NCBI GenBank assembly: GCA_963815455.1
Contig: CAWFGO010000002.1
Location: forward strand, 384,001-448,000
DNA length: 64,000 nt
Direction: 5' to 3'
From: an uncultured Verrucomicrobiae bacterium
Lineage (GTDB): Bacteria; Verrucomicrobiota; Verrucomicrobiia; Chthoniobacterales; UBA10450
Below are positions 42,813-53,165 of this stretch, one piece after another. The notes beneath the pieces were generated by a model. That model saw only the letters and a program-made list of their open reading frames with translations. It ran no database searches and had not been told where the DNA came from. The position numbers and the translations under genes are program-made. How positions within the stretch are numbered: position 1 is the stretch's first letter; every line of letters begins with the position of its first letter.

Positions 42813-43280
42813 CTAAATGGGCTGCAGCGAACGGAAATGCGTTTGCAGTTTCGCCGGCTCTGTTTTCACCAGGTCCGATTTCACGTGCTCGACGATCTGG
42901 TCCCGCACCGCTGCGGGCAGAAGATCGACAACCGCGCCGTGAATCTCGGCCGGCGCGGCGAACGACCAGCCTTGGTTTTGACCAAGCGCGACAATTTTCA
43001 CGATTTCATCGGCCAGTTGTTTTTCGATCCGCCGATGCGTCTCCGCTTCGAGATGGGTCCGCTCGGCAACAGAGGCCGCTCCGTGATGCGCGCCGGCGCC
43101 GTTGGTGACCGGGAAACGGCCGGCCACGTCGGTCAATTTATCGGTCAGTTTCCCGTGGGCGTCGGTCAAATCGAACGCCTGCACCAGATGCAAACTTGGT
43201 CCGCGCGTGGGTGTTTCGTCCACCCGATAAGCTTTTAAACTGCCGCGATCTGCCACGATGACGAGAGAAGTTGGGATCAT
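42813..43280 (-). CDS. Host attachment protein family (baeRF12-like)
   Basis: LVIVAD, TDVAGRF, AAPAEI and KSDLVK. Confidence 0.7.
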   Translation of the reverse strand: MIPTSLVIVADRGSLKAYRVDETPTRGPSLHLVQAFDLTDAHGKLTDKLTDVAGRFPVTNGAGAHHGAASVAERTHLEAETHRRIEKQLADEIVKIVALGQNQGWSFAAPAEIHGAVVDLLPAAVRDQIVEHVKSDLVKTEPAKLQTHFRSLQPI

Positions 43281-43415
43281 AAATGAAGTCGAATTGGTTG
43301 GCCGGTTTGTCGCTCCGAATAAGGAGTAAAGCGATTCCCCAAGAGATAATCGTCTTTAGTCGCGCGATTGCGCTGCTTCACAATTCCACCGTAACATCTC
43401 GCTCCGGCAAAATCA

Positions 43416-45659
43416 CTATTCTTCTTGCGCTTTTTCCGGCTCCGCGGGTTTGCCGCCGCCGCCATCGTGGGGAATTTCGATATGGCGCTTTTTCCACGAT
43501 TCCTGACGGGCCCGTTCCTGCGCGCCGCGGGCGAGTTTTAATAAACAAGCGGCCCGCGCGCCAACATCGACATCGTCGCCCGAGGCCATTTTCTTCGGTT
43601 TCTTGAGAAATCCCTGGTCGAGCATCGTGTCGAGAACCAGTTCCCACTCGAGATGCTCCTCGCCCGGCAGCACAAACTGGATCGCTTCGTGATGCGCATT
43701 GACCAGAAGCAGAAAAGTCTCGTCCCGGACCGGTTCGCCTTGAAAATCGAGGACATCAGTCGTGTCGCCGCTCAGAAGCATCCCGAGACAACGCACAAAC
43801 GGCGACGCCCATTCCTCGTCGCTCATTTCTTCGCCACCGGGATTGAACCACATCACGTCCTTGATCTCCGAGCCGTGAACGCGGCGGCCCCGGAAAAACT
43901 TCGGGCGTCTGAAGACCGGGTGCTCGCGCCGAAGCTGGATCAATTTCCTGGTAAACTCGAGCAGCTGGCTCTGTTTTTCGTCGCGTTGCCAATTCAACCA
44001 ACTGATCTCGTTATCCTGGCAATAGGCATTGTTGTTTCCGTTTTGGGTCCGGGCGAATTCGTCGCCGGCGCAAAGCATCGGCACGCCTTGCGAGACGAGG
44101 AGAGTGGTCAGAAAATTCCGGCGTTGCCGGGCGCGTAACTTCTCGATCTCCGGGTCGTCGTTTGGCCCTTCCGCGCCGCAATTCCAGGAATTGTTATTGT
44201 TGTCGCCGTCCTGGTTGTTCTCGCCGTTGGCCTCATTGTGTTTCTCGTTGTAGCTGACCAGATCGTTCAGGGTGAAGCCGTCGTGCACGCAGACGAAATT
44301 AATACTGCCGGATGGCCGCCGGCCGCTGTTTTCGTAAAGATCGGGGCTACCGGTAAGACGGTAGGCGAGCTTCCCGATCCGGCCTTCGTCGCCCCGCCAA
44401 TAACGTCGCACCGTGTCGCGATATTTCCCGTTCCATTCCGACCAGGGCGCGGGAAAATTCCCGACTTGATAACCGCCGTCGCCAACGTCCCACGGCTCCG
44501 CGATTAATTTCACCTGCGACAAGACCGGGTCTTGCCGGATAACTTTAAGGAAAGCGTGAAACTTGTTTACGCCGGTGCCGTCGCGGGCGAGAGCGGGCGC
44601 GAGATCGAACCGGAACCCGTCCACGCGCATCTCACTCGCCCAGTAACGCAGGCTGTCCATGACCATTTGCAACGTGCGCGGATGCAACGTGTCGATGGTG
44701 TTGCCGGTGCCGGTGTAATCGAGATAGAAACGCGGATTGTCCGCCATTAACCGGTAATACGAAGCATTGTCGGCTCCGCGAAAACAGAGAGTCGGGCCGA
44801 GCCGGTTGCCTTCGCCGGTGTGATTGTAAACCACGTCCAGGATCACTTCGAGGCCGGCGGAATGCAGACGGCGCACCATTCCTTTGAACTCGGTGACCTG
44901 CTCGCCCATCTGACCGCCGCTGGAGTATTCGGCCTGGGGCGCAAAAAATCCGATCGTGTTGTAGCCCCAGTAATTGGTGAGGCCGCGATCGGCCAGCCCT
45001 TTATCATCGAGATGCGCGTGGACTGGGAGAAGCTCCACCGCGGTCACGCCAAGATGTTTGAGATAGCCAATTGCCGCGTCGCTGGCCAAACCGGCATAGG
45101 TGCCGCGCAGGTGGTCGGGAACATCGGGGCAGAGCTTGGTAAAGCCTTTCACGTGCATCTCGTAAATCACCGATTCATGCAAAGGCGTTCCCGGCTTCCG
45201 GTCGTCGCCCCAGTCGAACCCGGGATCGATCACGACCGACTTGGGCACGCCCCAGGCGTTGTCGCGGAAATCCTGCGACAAATCCGATTTCTCATCGCCC
45301 ACGACGTAGCCAAACATTTCGTCTCCCCAGTTCACGTTGCCCGCGATCGCTTTCGCGTAGGGATCGATCAACAATTTGGCGCTGTTAAAGCGCAGCCCGC
45401 GCTCCGGCTCGTAGGGACCAGAAACGCGATAGCCGTAAAGCTGCCCCGGCCGCGCATCGGGCAAAAAAACGTGCCAGACATCGTCGGTGCGTTCATTGAT
45501 CGGAATGCGAACGTTTTCCTGCGACGCGTCGGGCCGATCGAACAGGCAAAGATCGACCCCGGTCGCGTGCTCGGAAAAGATTGCGAAGTTCACGCCGTTT
45601 CCCATCCAGGTGGCGCCGAGTGGATAGGGATGGCCGAGCCAGCTTTTTACCGAAGTCAT
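43416..45659 (-). CDS. glgX: Glycogen debranching enzyme
   Basis: PYPLGATW, NYWGYNT, DVVYNHTGEG, DGFRFDLA, AEPWD and HDGFTL. Confidence 0.96.
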   Translation of the reverse strand: MTSVKSWLGHPYPLGATWMGNGVNFAIFSEHATGVDLCLFDRPDASQENVRIPINERTDDVWHVFLPDARPGQLYGYRVSGPYEPERGLRFNSAKLLIDPYAKAIAGNVNWGDEMFGYVVGDEKSDLSQDFRDNAWGVPKSVVIDPGFDWGDDRKPGTPLHESVIYEMHVKGFTKLCPDVPDHLRGTYAGLASDAAIGYLKHLGVTAVELLPVHAHLDDKGLADRGLTNYWGYNTIGFFAPQAEYSSGGQMGEQVTEFKGMVRRLHSAGLEVILDVVYNHTGEGNRLGPTLCFRGADNASYYRLMADNPRFYLDYTGTGNTIDTLHPRTLQMVMDSLRYWASEMRVDGFRFDLAPALARDGTGVNKFHAFLKVIRQDPVLSQVKLIAEPWDVGDGGYQVGNFPAPWSEWNGKYRDTVRRYWRGDEGRIGKLAYRLTGSPDLYENSGRRPSGSINFVCVHDGFTLNDLVSYNEKHNEANGENNQDGDNNNNSWNCGAEGPNDDPEIEKLRARQRRNFLTTLLVSQGVPMLCAGDEFARTQNGNNNAYCQDNEISWLNWQRDEKQSQLLEFTRKLIQLRREHPVFRRPKFFRGRRVHGSEIKDVMWFNPGGEEMSDEEWASPFVRCLGMLLSGDTTDVLDFQGEPVRDETFLLLVNAHHEAIQFVLPGEEHLEWELVLDTMLDQGFLKKPKKMASGDDVDVGARAACLLKLARGAQERARQESWKKRHIEIPHDGGGGKPAEPEKAQEE

Positions 45660-45760
45660 AAACGCGCGTTTTCTATCCAGTACGGAACGCGCATTGGCAA
45701 TCGCGAAGGTGAAAACCAGTTCAACTTTGCTTTTGCCCGGGAGTCATCAAGAGTCCCGAT

Positions 45761-46285
45761 GTGGTCCGCAAGATCATCATTGTGCTCGCCGCAGTCGGTG
45801 CGGTCGGGCTGGGTGTTTATTTCTACACCCACCGAAATTGGGGCCCATTACCCGCCGGAACAACGATCGACCGAATCGTGGTCGAAAAATCGGCGCGAAC
45901 ATTGTCGATCTTCCGCAGCGGGAAAAAATTAAAAACGTATCGCGTCGCGCTGGGTCGCAATCCTGCCGGCCCGAAACAAGAGGAAGGCGACATGAAAACG
46001 CCGGAAGGCGTTTACACGATCGACAATCGCAAGGCGAACAGCGATTACCATCTCGCGCTTCACATTTCGTATCCTTCGGATGAAGACCGCGCCCGGGCGG
46101 CAGAGCGCGGGGTCTCGGCCGGGAGCGATATCGAAATTCACGGATTGCCAAACGGCCGCGGCGCGATCGGGGCCGCTCATCGCCTGAGTGATTGGACGGC
46201 CGGCTGCATTGCGCTGACCGATGAGGAGATCGAAGAGCTCTGGCAGGTGACTCCAGTGGACACCGTTGTCGAAATCCGACCGTAA
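45761..46285 (+). CDS. YkuD-family L,D-transpeptidase/carboxypeptidase
   Basis: EGDMKTPEG, ISYP, IEIHG and WTAGCIA. Confidence 0.88.
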   Translation: MVRKIIIVLAAVGAVGLGVYFYTHRNWGPLPAGTTIDRIVVEKSARTLSIFRSGKKLKTYRVALGRNPAGPKQEEGDMKTPEGVYTIDNRKANSDYHLALHISYPSDEDRARAAERGVSAGSDIEIHGLPNGRGAIGAAHRLSDWTAGCIALTDEEIEELWQVTPVDTVVEIRP

Positions 46286-46286
46286 T

Positions 46287-46336
46287 CGGAGGGAGGAGTT
46301 TCTGCTCGTCCTGGTCGTGCCGAAGCACGACCCTCC
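46287..46336. repeat. Family C REP
   Basis: ggagggaggag...ctcgtcctggtcgtgccgaagcacgaccctcc. Confidence 0.65.
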
Positions 46337-46422
46337 AAACAACTTGCGCTTTCCGCTTGTGGAGATACGGCTTGAGCCACAGAATCTTGCAGACGGAACC
46401 TCTTTTTCAGCAATAGTTGCTC

Positions 46423-46986
46423 ATGCGATTGCTCGATCCATTGTGGCTGGGCGCGATTTTCGGCCTGTCCGAGCTCTACCTCGCGATCACGCGACGGGCG
46501 CGGACCCGCGTGCTTTCACGCGACCGGCGCTCGCTCCTGATATTGTGGGCGGTGATCATCGTGAGCATTTTCTTTGCGATCCAAATGGTTTGGATGGCCC
46601 CGGACGCGGCGCTGCCTTCTCGACGCATATTTTATTTTGTCGGTTTCGCTGTCTGGTTGGGTGGTTTGATTTTGCGATGGTATTCGATCGGTTATCTCGG
46701 CCGCTACTTTACGGTCAACGTGTCGATTGATCCGGAACATCAGTTGGTCGATTCCGGACCGTATCGGAATATCCGCCATCCTTCCTATACCGGCGCGCTT
46801 CTGGCTTTTCTCGGTTTCGGTCTTTGCCTGGGGAATTGGTTGTCGATCCTGCTTCTGACCGTGCCGATCATTTGCGCGTTTCTCTGGCGCATTCGAATCG
46901 AGGAATCCGCCCTTTTGGAAGCTCTCGGTCAGGATTACCGCGACTACACGCGGCGAACGGAACGTCTGATTCCGTGGGTGTACTAG
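46423..46986 (+). CDS. Isoprenylcysteine carboxylmethyltransferase-family membrane protein
   Basis: LGRYFT, GPYRNIRHPSYTG and RIRIEE. Confidence 0.9.
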   Translation: MRLLDPLWLGAIFGLSELYLAITRRARTRVLSRDRRSLLILWAVIIVSIFFAIQMVWMAPDAALPSRRIFYFVGFAVWLGGLILRWYSIGYLGRYFTVNVSIDPEHQLVDSGPYRNIRHPSYTGALLAFLGFGLCLGNWLSILLLTVPIICAFLWRIRIEESALLEALGQDYRDYTRRTERLIPWVY

Positions 46987-46998
46987 CCTAGCGCGGGT

Positions 46999-47050
46999 TG
47001 TGGCATTGGCCTCTGGCCAATGTCCTCATCGGCTGGAAGCCGATGCCACA
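46999..47050. repeat. Family F double-hairpin REP
   Basis: tgtggcattggcctctggccaatg...catcggctggaagccgatgccaca. Confidence 0.8.
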
Positions 47051-47052
47051 GT

Positions 47053-47449
47053 CTATAGATCTCGGAGTGCTTCTCTGCGCCTTTTCGACATCGGACGGGC
47101 GCAAAACGATCAGGCCCTGAGGCGATTTCGCGCTCGTCGCCATGTAGGCGTATTCGATGTTGATCTCGGCTTTGGCCAGCCGATCGGCGATTCTTGCCAG
47201 CATGCCCGGCTCGTTGGCGGTATCGATGAGGAGGACGTCGTTTTCCAGCGCCAGAACGCCGCGTTCGCCCAGAAGCATGAGCGCCTTGGTCGGATCGCTC
47301 ACCACCATGCGCACAACCGAGTGATCGACCGTGTCCGAAATCGAGAGTGCATGAATGTTGATCCCGGCTTCGGCCAGCGACTCGCACACGCGGGCTAGCG
47401 CGCCGGGGCGATTGCTGAGAAAAACAGCGAGCTGAGTGGCTGTTGCCAT
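47053..47449 (-). CDS. Tandem ACT-domain protein (probable frameshift near 47072)
   Basis: QLAVFLSNRPGAL, GINIHAL, NEPGML and INIEYAY; removing one A gives the end KAQRALRDL*. Confidence 0.85.
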
Positions 47450-47591
47450 TGAGGGGTTGGATTGCGAATTCATGGCGCTCTCAAAGTGATCGCCGGCAAC
47501 GCCGTCTGACAACAGACAATCGGGCCCGCACCTGCTGGCCCCGAAAAAAAAATTCGCGAGTCCCGATTATTTCGGGATTGTCGATCCAATT

Positions 47592-48944
47592 GTGACCCCC
47601 ACAACCGAGCTCACCGCCGCGCAAACTTCTACTCCTCCGCGCACCATTGGCTTTTTCACCGCTTGCGGGATCGTCATTGCCAACATCATCGGTACCGGCG
47701 TTTTCACCAGTCTGGGCTTTCAGTTGCCGGGCATCCAATCCGGGTTCGCCCTGCTCATGCTTTGGGTGGTGGGCGGGATCGCCGCGCTCTGCGGCGCACT
47801 TTGTTACGGCGAACTCAGCGCCGCCCTCCCCCGCTCCGGCGGTGAGTACCATTTTCTCTCGCGCATTTATCATCCCGCGCTCGGATTCATGGCCGGCGTC
47901 GTATCCGCAACCGTGGGTTTTGCGGCGCCGATCGCGCTCGCGGCCATGGCGTTTGGGCAATATTTTCGCGGCGTTTTCGAGGCCGGTTCGCCGTTGATTT
48001 TTTCAATCCTGGTCGTCTGGGGTGTTGCCCTTTTTCATCTTTCCAATCTGCGCGTCGGCAGCGTGTTTCAGAATTTGTGGACGATTGTGAAAGTGCTATT
48101 GATTGTGGCGCTCATCGTGGCGGGGTTCCTGGTCGATCCCAAACAACCGATCACATTCTTGCCGCAACCCGGCGATACGATGTCGATCTTCAGCGCGCCG
48201 TTCGCCGTGTCGCTCGTCTTCGTGATGTATTCCTACTCGGGCTGGAACGCGTCCAGCTACATCACTGGTGAAATTGACCGGCCCGAGAAAAATGTCCCGC
48301 GTTCTCTGTTCTGGGGGACGATTGTCGTCATCGCGCTTTACACTGCGCTCAACTCAGCCTTTCTACTCGCTGCGCCCCGTGAAGAAATGAGCGGCCAACT
48401 CGAAGTCGCCCTCATCGCCGGGAAACACATTTTCGGTGAGAATGGCGGACGCATCGTCGGCGGGATCATTTGCATTGGACTTATTTCCGCGATCAGCTCC
48501 ATGACCTGGATCGGTCCGCGCGTCACCATGTCGATGGGTGAAGACAATCCCCTCATTCGATTTCTCTCGCGAAAAAATCGCAGTGGCGTCCCATTCAACG
48601 CCTTGTTGCTGCAACTCGTGCTGGTCAACCTGCTGCTGCTGACGGGCAGCTTCCAGGGTGTGGTCAAGTATATTGGGTTTGCGTTGCTGTTCTGTTCGTT
48701 GCTCACTGTCATCGGCGTAATCGTTCTGCGCTGGACGCATCCGGAAATTGCCCGGCCGTATCGAGTCTGGGCTTATCCAATTCCGCCGCTCATTTTCATC
48801 GCCATTACCGTTTGGATGATGATCTATCTCTTGCAGTCCAATCCAATTGAATCATTGTCCGGCGTGGCCACCATGATCGTCGGCTTCGTTCTCTATTTTG
48901 CTCCCCATTATTTGGCCGAAAAACGGCGCCAATCCATCCCATGA
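47592..48944 (+). CDS. APC-family amino acid permease
   Basis: IIGTGVF, PRSGGEY, YSYSGWN and RPYRVW; about 12 TM helices. Confidence 0.92.
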   Translation: MTPTTELTAAQTSTPPRTIGFFTACGIVIANIIGTGVFTSLGFQLPGIQSGFALLMLWVVGGIAALCGALCYGELSAALPRSGGEYHFLSRIYHPALGFMAGVVSATVGFAAPIALAAMAFGQYFRGVFEAGSPLIFSILVVWGVALFHLSNLRVGSVFQNLWTIVKVLLIVALIVAGFLVDPKQPITFLPQPGDTMSIFSAPFAVSLVFVMYSYSGWNASSYITGEIDRPEKNVPRSLFWGTIVVIALYTALNSAFLLAAPREEMSGQLEVALIAGKHIFGENGGRIVGGIICIGLISAISSMTWIGPRVTMSMGEDNPLIRFLSRKNRSGVPFNALLLQLVLVNLLLLTGSFQGVVKYIGFALLFCSLLTVIGVIVLRWTHPEIARPYRVWAYPIPPLIFIAITVWMMIYLLQSNPIESLSGVATMIVGFVLYFAPHYLAEKRRQSIP

Positions 48945-50080
48945 AGAATCTTTATCGCCTCATCCTTATCGGAATCGCGTTGTCGATCCTCGCACCGCCG
49001 GCATCGGCCCGACGACACCAGCCCAAGCCTCAGCCGGCCGAAGCCGCGCCCGAACAGCCGGCGTTGCCGCCGCCCAACGACACGGCGCTGTTCCTCGCCG
49101 GGATGCCGGTCCCGAAAAATTCGCCGCTCGCGCCGCTCTTGAGCGATCCCGCGTGGCAGGAGCACTCAGCCTTCTTCGAGAAAGCGTTTGGCAAACTCAA
49201 TACCAAACAGCTCGAGAAACTGCATACGTGGCAGGAAACCTATCTGCCCGAATCGATGGAGCCGATTCCGGTGGCCTATTACATGTTCAGCGGCCCCGAT
49301 TTTCTCTACGTCGATCAATTTTTCCCGAAGGCATCCGTTTACATTCTGTGCGGCAAAGAATCGATGGGACCGCCGCCTGACCCGCTCCGCATCGCCAACC
49401 TGGCCGCCGCGTTTCATAATCTCGAAGACGCGATGAATTCGTCTCTCCGTTACAGCTTTTTCATCACCAAAGACATGAAGGTTGATTTGCACCAGCAACA
49501 GCTCATTGGCACGCTGCCGATTCTTTATGTTTACCTCGCTCGCGCTGGCAAGACGATCAAGGAAGTGACCTACGGATCGCTCGACAGCGGCGGCGCGTTC
49601 CGCCAAAGCGCGCCGGGCCGGGGCGAAACACCCGGCGTTCGGATCAGTTACATCGACAATCAATCCGGTCTGAACCAGACGCTCTTTTATTTCACCACCG
49701 ATATTTCCGACAGCGGCATCAGCGCCACGCCCGGGTTCCTGAAGTTTTGCGGCCAGCACGGTGTGGGCGCGAGCCTTCTGAAATCATCCTCCTATCTGAT
49801 GTTTGAAAGCGGTTTTAACCGGATCCGTAATTTCGTTCTCGATCACAGCAACATCATTGTCCAGGACGACGCCGGGATTCCGCTGGCTAATTTTAATCGC
49901 GACAAATGGAATATTCGCCTCTTCGGCACCTACCTCGGCCCGATCGAAATCTTCAAGCAACATTACCAACCGAAACTGAAAGAGCTTTTCCAGCAAAGCA
50001 ATCCGCCGCCGCTGCGGTTCAATTATGGCTACCGCTGGAACTGGAAGGAAAGCCACATCATCCTGGCCACGCGGAATTAA
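48941..50080 (+). CDS. Exported hypothetical protein
   Basis: Signal peptide; YMFSGPDFL, LKSSSYLM and QDDAGIP; ATGA-coupled to the permease. Confidence 0.8.
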   Translation: MKNLYRLILIGIALSILAPPASARRHQPKPQPAEAAPEQPALPPPNDTALFLAGMPVPKNSPLAPLLSDPAWQEHSAFFEKAFGKLNTKQLEKLHTWQETYLPESMEPIPVAYYMFSGPDFLYVDQFFPKASVYILCGKESMGPPPDPLRIANLAAAFHNLEDAMNSSLRYSFFITKDMKVDLHQQQLIGTLPILYVYLARAGKTIKEVTYGSLDSGGAFRQSAPGRGETPGVRISYIDNQSGLNQTLFYFTTDISDSGISATPGFLKFCGQHGVGASLLKSSSYLMFESGFNRIRNFVLDHSNIIVQDDAGIPLANFNRDKWNIRLFGTYLGPIEIFKQHYQPKLKELFQQSNPPPLRFNYGYRWNWKESHIILATRN

Positions 50081-50223
50081 CCATTCGCGAAAGCTTCAGG
50101 GCTCAGCAGGGGTCAACAGTGCCCGCGCCATCCGTAACCAATTCGCGCCAGTTCAGAAGCAAATGTCAAATGCGAGATGCGATCCCGATCCCGCCGACCT
50201 TATTAATATTCGTTAGCGAATAT

Positions 50224-50877
50224 TCAATGTTGAGATTTGACCTCGTTTTCCGTTCCCCGTTTCCGGGGTCGAGTGAGTAGCGCTGCGATATCACCATGAC
50301 CATTTCTCCTAGCCCAATCCTCGGCGGAACGGAAATCCTCATCCCTGATAGTCGTACCTGCGCCCGACGCCAGTAATGCCTCAACGATCTTTTTGTTTCC
50401 GTTTTCTGCGGCACATATAAGAGGAGTTTGACCGACTTCATTTTGCACGTCTAACTGCGCGTGATGATTGAGAAGAAGCGCAACGATTTTTTCATCTCCC
50501 TTTATCGCTGCCCAATGCAGGGCTGTGGCGTTAGCAACGTCTTTCGCGTTAACGTTGGCGCCTGCTTCTATCAAAATCTTTGCCGCTTCGGAACGCTTGG
50601 CAGAAGCGGCGAGGATCAAAGGAGTGCGTTTGTAGCCTCCTGAGCCTTCGATGTTTGCGCCGGAAGATATAAGCCGACGCAAGCTTGAAAGATCGCCCCT
50701 AAATGCAGCCAAGCCCAATTCAGGACTATCTGGCTGTAAATCCGGTGCAACGCCTTCAGCGAACGAATCTTTGATAGGCTCGGTTTCAGAGCTTTGTGCC
50801 AAGCACCGTTCCAGTGAAACTGCCAGCAGACCGATGATTAGAACGATATGTAAAACTGTCTTGCGATTCAAATCCAT
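50224..50877 (-). CDS. Exported ankyrin-repeat protein
   Basis: RTPLILAA, TALHWAA and QTPLICAA. Confidence 0.85.
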   Translation of the reverse strand: MDLNRKTVLHIVLIIGLLAVSLERCLAQSSETEPIKDSFAEGVAPDLQPDSPELGLAAFRGDLSSLRRLISSGANIEGSGGYKRTPLILAASAKRSEAAKILIEAGANVNAKDVANATALHWAAIKGDEKIVALLLNHHAQLDVQNEVGQTPLICAAENGNKKIVEALLASGAGTTIRDEDFRSAEDWARRNGHGDIAALLTRPRKRGTENEVKSQH

Positions 50878-51010
50878 ATTTTCTTAATTCTTATACGGCT
50901 CAAAAGGAGGCATTGTCGGGGAAGGCGGGAGACCAATAGGGTCAGTCCTGATTTTCGACACAGATCGCTTATCGTTGTCGCTGCAAAAGATTGAAACAAG
51001 AGCATGGGCT

Positions 51011-52192
51011 TCAGCGAAATCGCCGGAACCAGGAATACGGGAACACGTCGCCCGGACAATCGGTGGACCAACGCGGCGGATTCATTTCACGATGGGGCCG
51101 GACAAGGATGTCGTGACCGGCGACTTTGCCGCAGCGCTGGCGCAGATAGCGAATCAGTTCTTCACAAGACTCGAGCTGGGCCCGGGTCGGCTGGTCACGA
51201 TTGAAATCGCCGACCAAACAGATGCCGAGCGAGATGTTGTTCAGGTAATCGCTGTGGACATGGCCGCCATTGATCTGACGCCGCCAGCGATCTCCTACCT
51301 CGACCTGGCCGTTGCCGGTCGAGGTGCCGTTTCCGATCACGAAATGATAGGCGAGTCCGTTCTGCATCCGCCGGACATGTCGATGGTAATAATCGAACAC
51401 GCGGGCGTTGCCCTGCCGGGTGCCGCTGTTGTGGACGACGATGAATTGCCAACGGCGACTCTGCACCGGGGCGCGCCGGATTTCTTCGATAACCGATCTG
51501 CTGAGATAACGATAACTAGTCTGATTGGAACGACCGGACGATCCCCAAAAGAGAAAATGGCGCGGGGGCGGCGACGGCGGAGGCACCAGGGCTTGTTCGC
51601 TTTCGAGTCCCGATTTCTCAACCACGACCTGCGCCCGGTCGCCGGGAGAGTTGACCGGGATTGCCCGGGGCAATGGCGCAGTCGGCCGCTCGATCGGAGA
51701 CGGGGCTGCCTTGGCCGATTCCGCTTTTCCATGGGCGGGCGTTTTCTCCGCCCTGGCAGCTTTTTTTTTCGCCTTTGTCTTCGATGTCGATGTAGAACTC
51801 TTTTTGGACGTCGATTTGTGTTTCTTGCTTTTCGGCTTCGGCGTCGGACTTGTTTTTTCTTTCGGCGCGGGAGAGGAATCCTTCGCCTTCTTTTTGCCCG
51901 TCGATGTTTTCCTGGTTCCCTTGCGTTTTGGAGTTGCCGTGGGCGATTCGCTTGGAGTGGCTGACGAAGCAGCGCGGGCTTTTAGAAATTCCTTCCGCTT
52001 TTCTTCGTCACTGATTTGGGCGCGAAGAACCGTGCCGAGAATTGCGCTCAACGCGACGACAGTTGCAACCCAGAGACGAAGACGGACCACTGCGCGGAGC
52101 GTAACAGAGCAAACCGCGCGATCAAGCGGGCTGCGCGTCCGGTGCAGGTCCAGGCAACGTCGCTTGGCGTCTGCGTTCGCGCTCACGACCAA
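51011..52192 (-). CDS. N-acetylmuramoyl-L-alanine amidase (Amidase_2/PGRP) with Lys-rich linker; start uncertain
   Basis: IVVHNS, LAYHFVIGNG, GICLVGDF and TDCPG. Confidence 0.85.
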   Translation of the reverse strand: MVVSANADAKRRCLDLHRTRSPLDRAVCSVTLRAVVRLRLWVATVVALSAILGTVLRAQISDEEKRKEFLKARAASSATPSESPTATPKRKGTRKTSTGKKKAKDSSPAPKEKTSPTPKPKSKKHKSTSKKSSTSTSKTKAKKKAARAEKTPAHGKAESAKAAPSPIERPTAPLPRAIPVNSPGDRAQVVVEKSGLESEQALVPPPSPPPRHFLFWGSSGRSNQTSYRYLSRSVIEEIRRAPVQSRRWQFIVVHNSGTRQGNARVFDYYHRHVRRMQNGLAYHFVIGNGTSTGNGQVEVGDRWRRQINGGHVHSDYLNNISLGICLVGDFNRDQPTRAQLESCEELIRYLRQRCGKVAGHDILVRPHREMNPPRWSTDCPGDVFPYSWFRRFR

Positions 52193-53015
52193 GGATGGAG
52201 TTCAACTTGCCGCCCAGCAGCAGCAATAAACAGGTCAGATACATCCAGGTCAGCAACATGATGATGGAGGCCAATGCCAGATAGGTCGGGTTGTACCGAT
52301 TATATTTGGCGACGTAGAATTGAAATAACTTCGTCACCAGGATCCAGCCGACGGAGAAGAAAATCGCTCCGGGAAGCGCCTGGCGAAGAGTAAGATAATT
52401 CTCGGGCGTAAATAAATACAACATCAGGGCAAGACCGACCAGAGCCACAGCCGTTAACGGGAGATTCAACGCCGCAATCCATGCCTGCAACGGAACGGTG
52501 AGCTGGAAATTGACCTCGGCCACACCCGCGAGCCGTTCGCCGAAGACGATGGCGTTAAAGGAAATGAGGATGATGATGGCGAACCAGAAAAGCATGAAAA
52601 ACGAAATGATGTATTTGGACCACCAATGTCGATCCTCATGAACGCCGTGGGTCTGGCTCAACGCGCGGGAAATGGTCGCGATGAAGACGGTCCCGAAATA
52701 AATCCCCAAAATGATGCCGACATTGGCCAGCAGTCCGCTCGAACCGGTTACCACCACGCTGGCCACCGCAGTATCGAGAATGTCCTGTACTTTCGGATCG
52801 GGCGGCATAAAACTCTTCAAAACGAGAAACATCCCATGCAGCTTTGCCGGGTCGGTCCCGAACAAGCCGAGGAGATGCCAGAGAAACAGCAGGCCGGGAG
52901 CGAGAGCGAACAGGAGCAGATAAGCCATTTGCGCAGCCAGCCCGGTGGTGGTGTCGGTGGCCGTTTCCCAAACCAGACGGCGCAAAACGCGCCAGATAAA
53001 TCCGAGATACTTCAT
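52122..53015 (-). CDS. YihY/BrkB-family membrane protein
   Basis: AAQMAY..LFAL.P, ALPGAI and Y..LASII.LL.W.Y. Confidence 0.88.
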   Translation of the reverse strand: MKYLGFIWRVLRRLVWETATDTTTGLAAQMAYLLLFALAPGLLFLWHLLGLFGTDPAKLHGMFLVLKSFMPPDPKVQDILDTAVASVVVTGSSGLLANVGIILGIYFGTVFIATISRALSQTHGVHEDRHWWSKYIISFFMLFWFAIIILISFNAIVFGERLAGVAEVNFQLTVPLQAWIAALNLPLTAVALVGLALMLYLFTPENYLTLRQALPGAIFFSVGWILVTKLFQFYVAKYNRYNPTYLALASIIMLLTWMYLTCLLLLLGGKLNSILGRERERRRQATLPGPAPDAQPA

Positions 53016-53069
53016 CCCGCGTCAGAGTTTACTTTGCCGGAGACAAATATCCATTAAACTTGCGGCGTT

Positions 53070-53148
53070 GTTGTAGCCGCCCCGCTCTGTCGGGGCGGTG
53101 CGAGAGCCGCACCAGCATTTCACGGCGACAGAGCGCCGTGGCTGCAAC
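53070..53148. repeat. GTAG-type REP
   Basis: gttgtagccgccccgctctgtcggggcg...cacggcgacagagcgccgtggctgcaac. Confidence 0.75.
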
Positions 53149-53165
53149 GTCTTATTTGCCTAACG

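Noticed and set aside
46988..47052. ACT protein C-terminus encoded by a REP (CGIGFQPMRTLARGQCHNPR)
   Set aside because: Removing one base gives a natural end KAQRALRDL* before the repeat, so the read-through is probably an error
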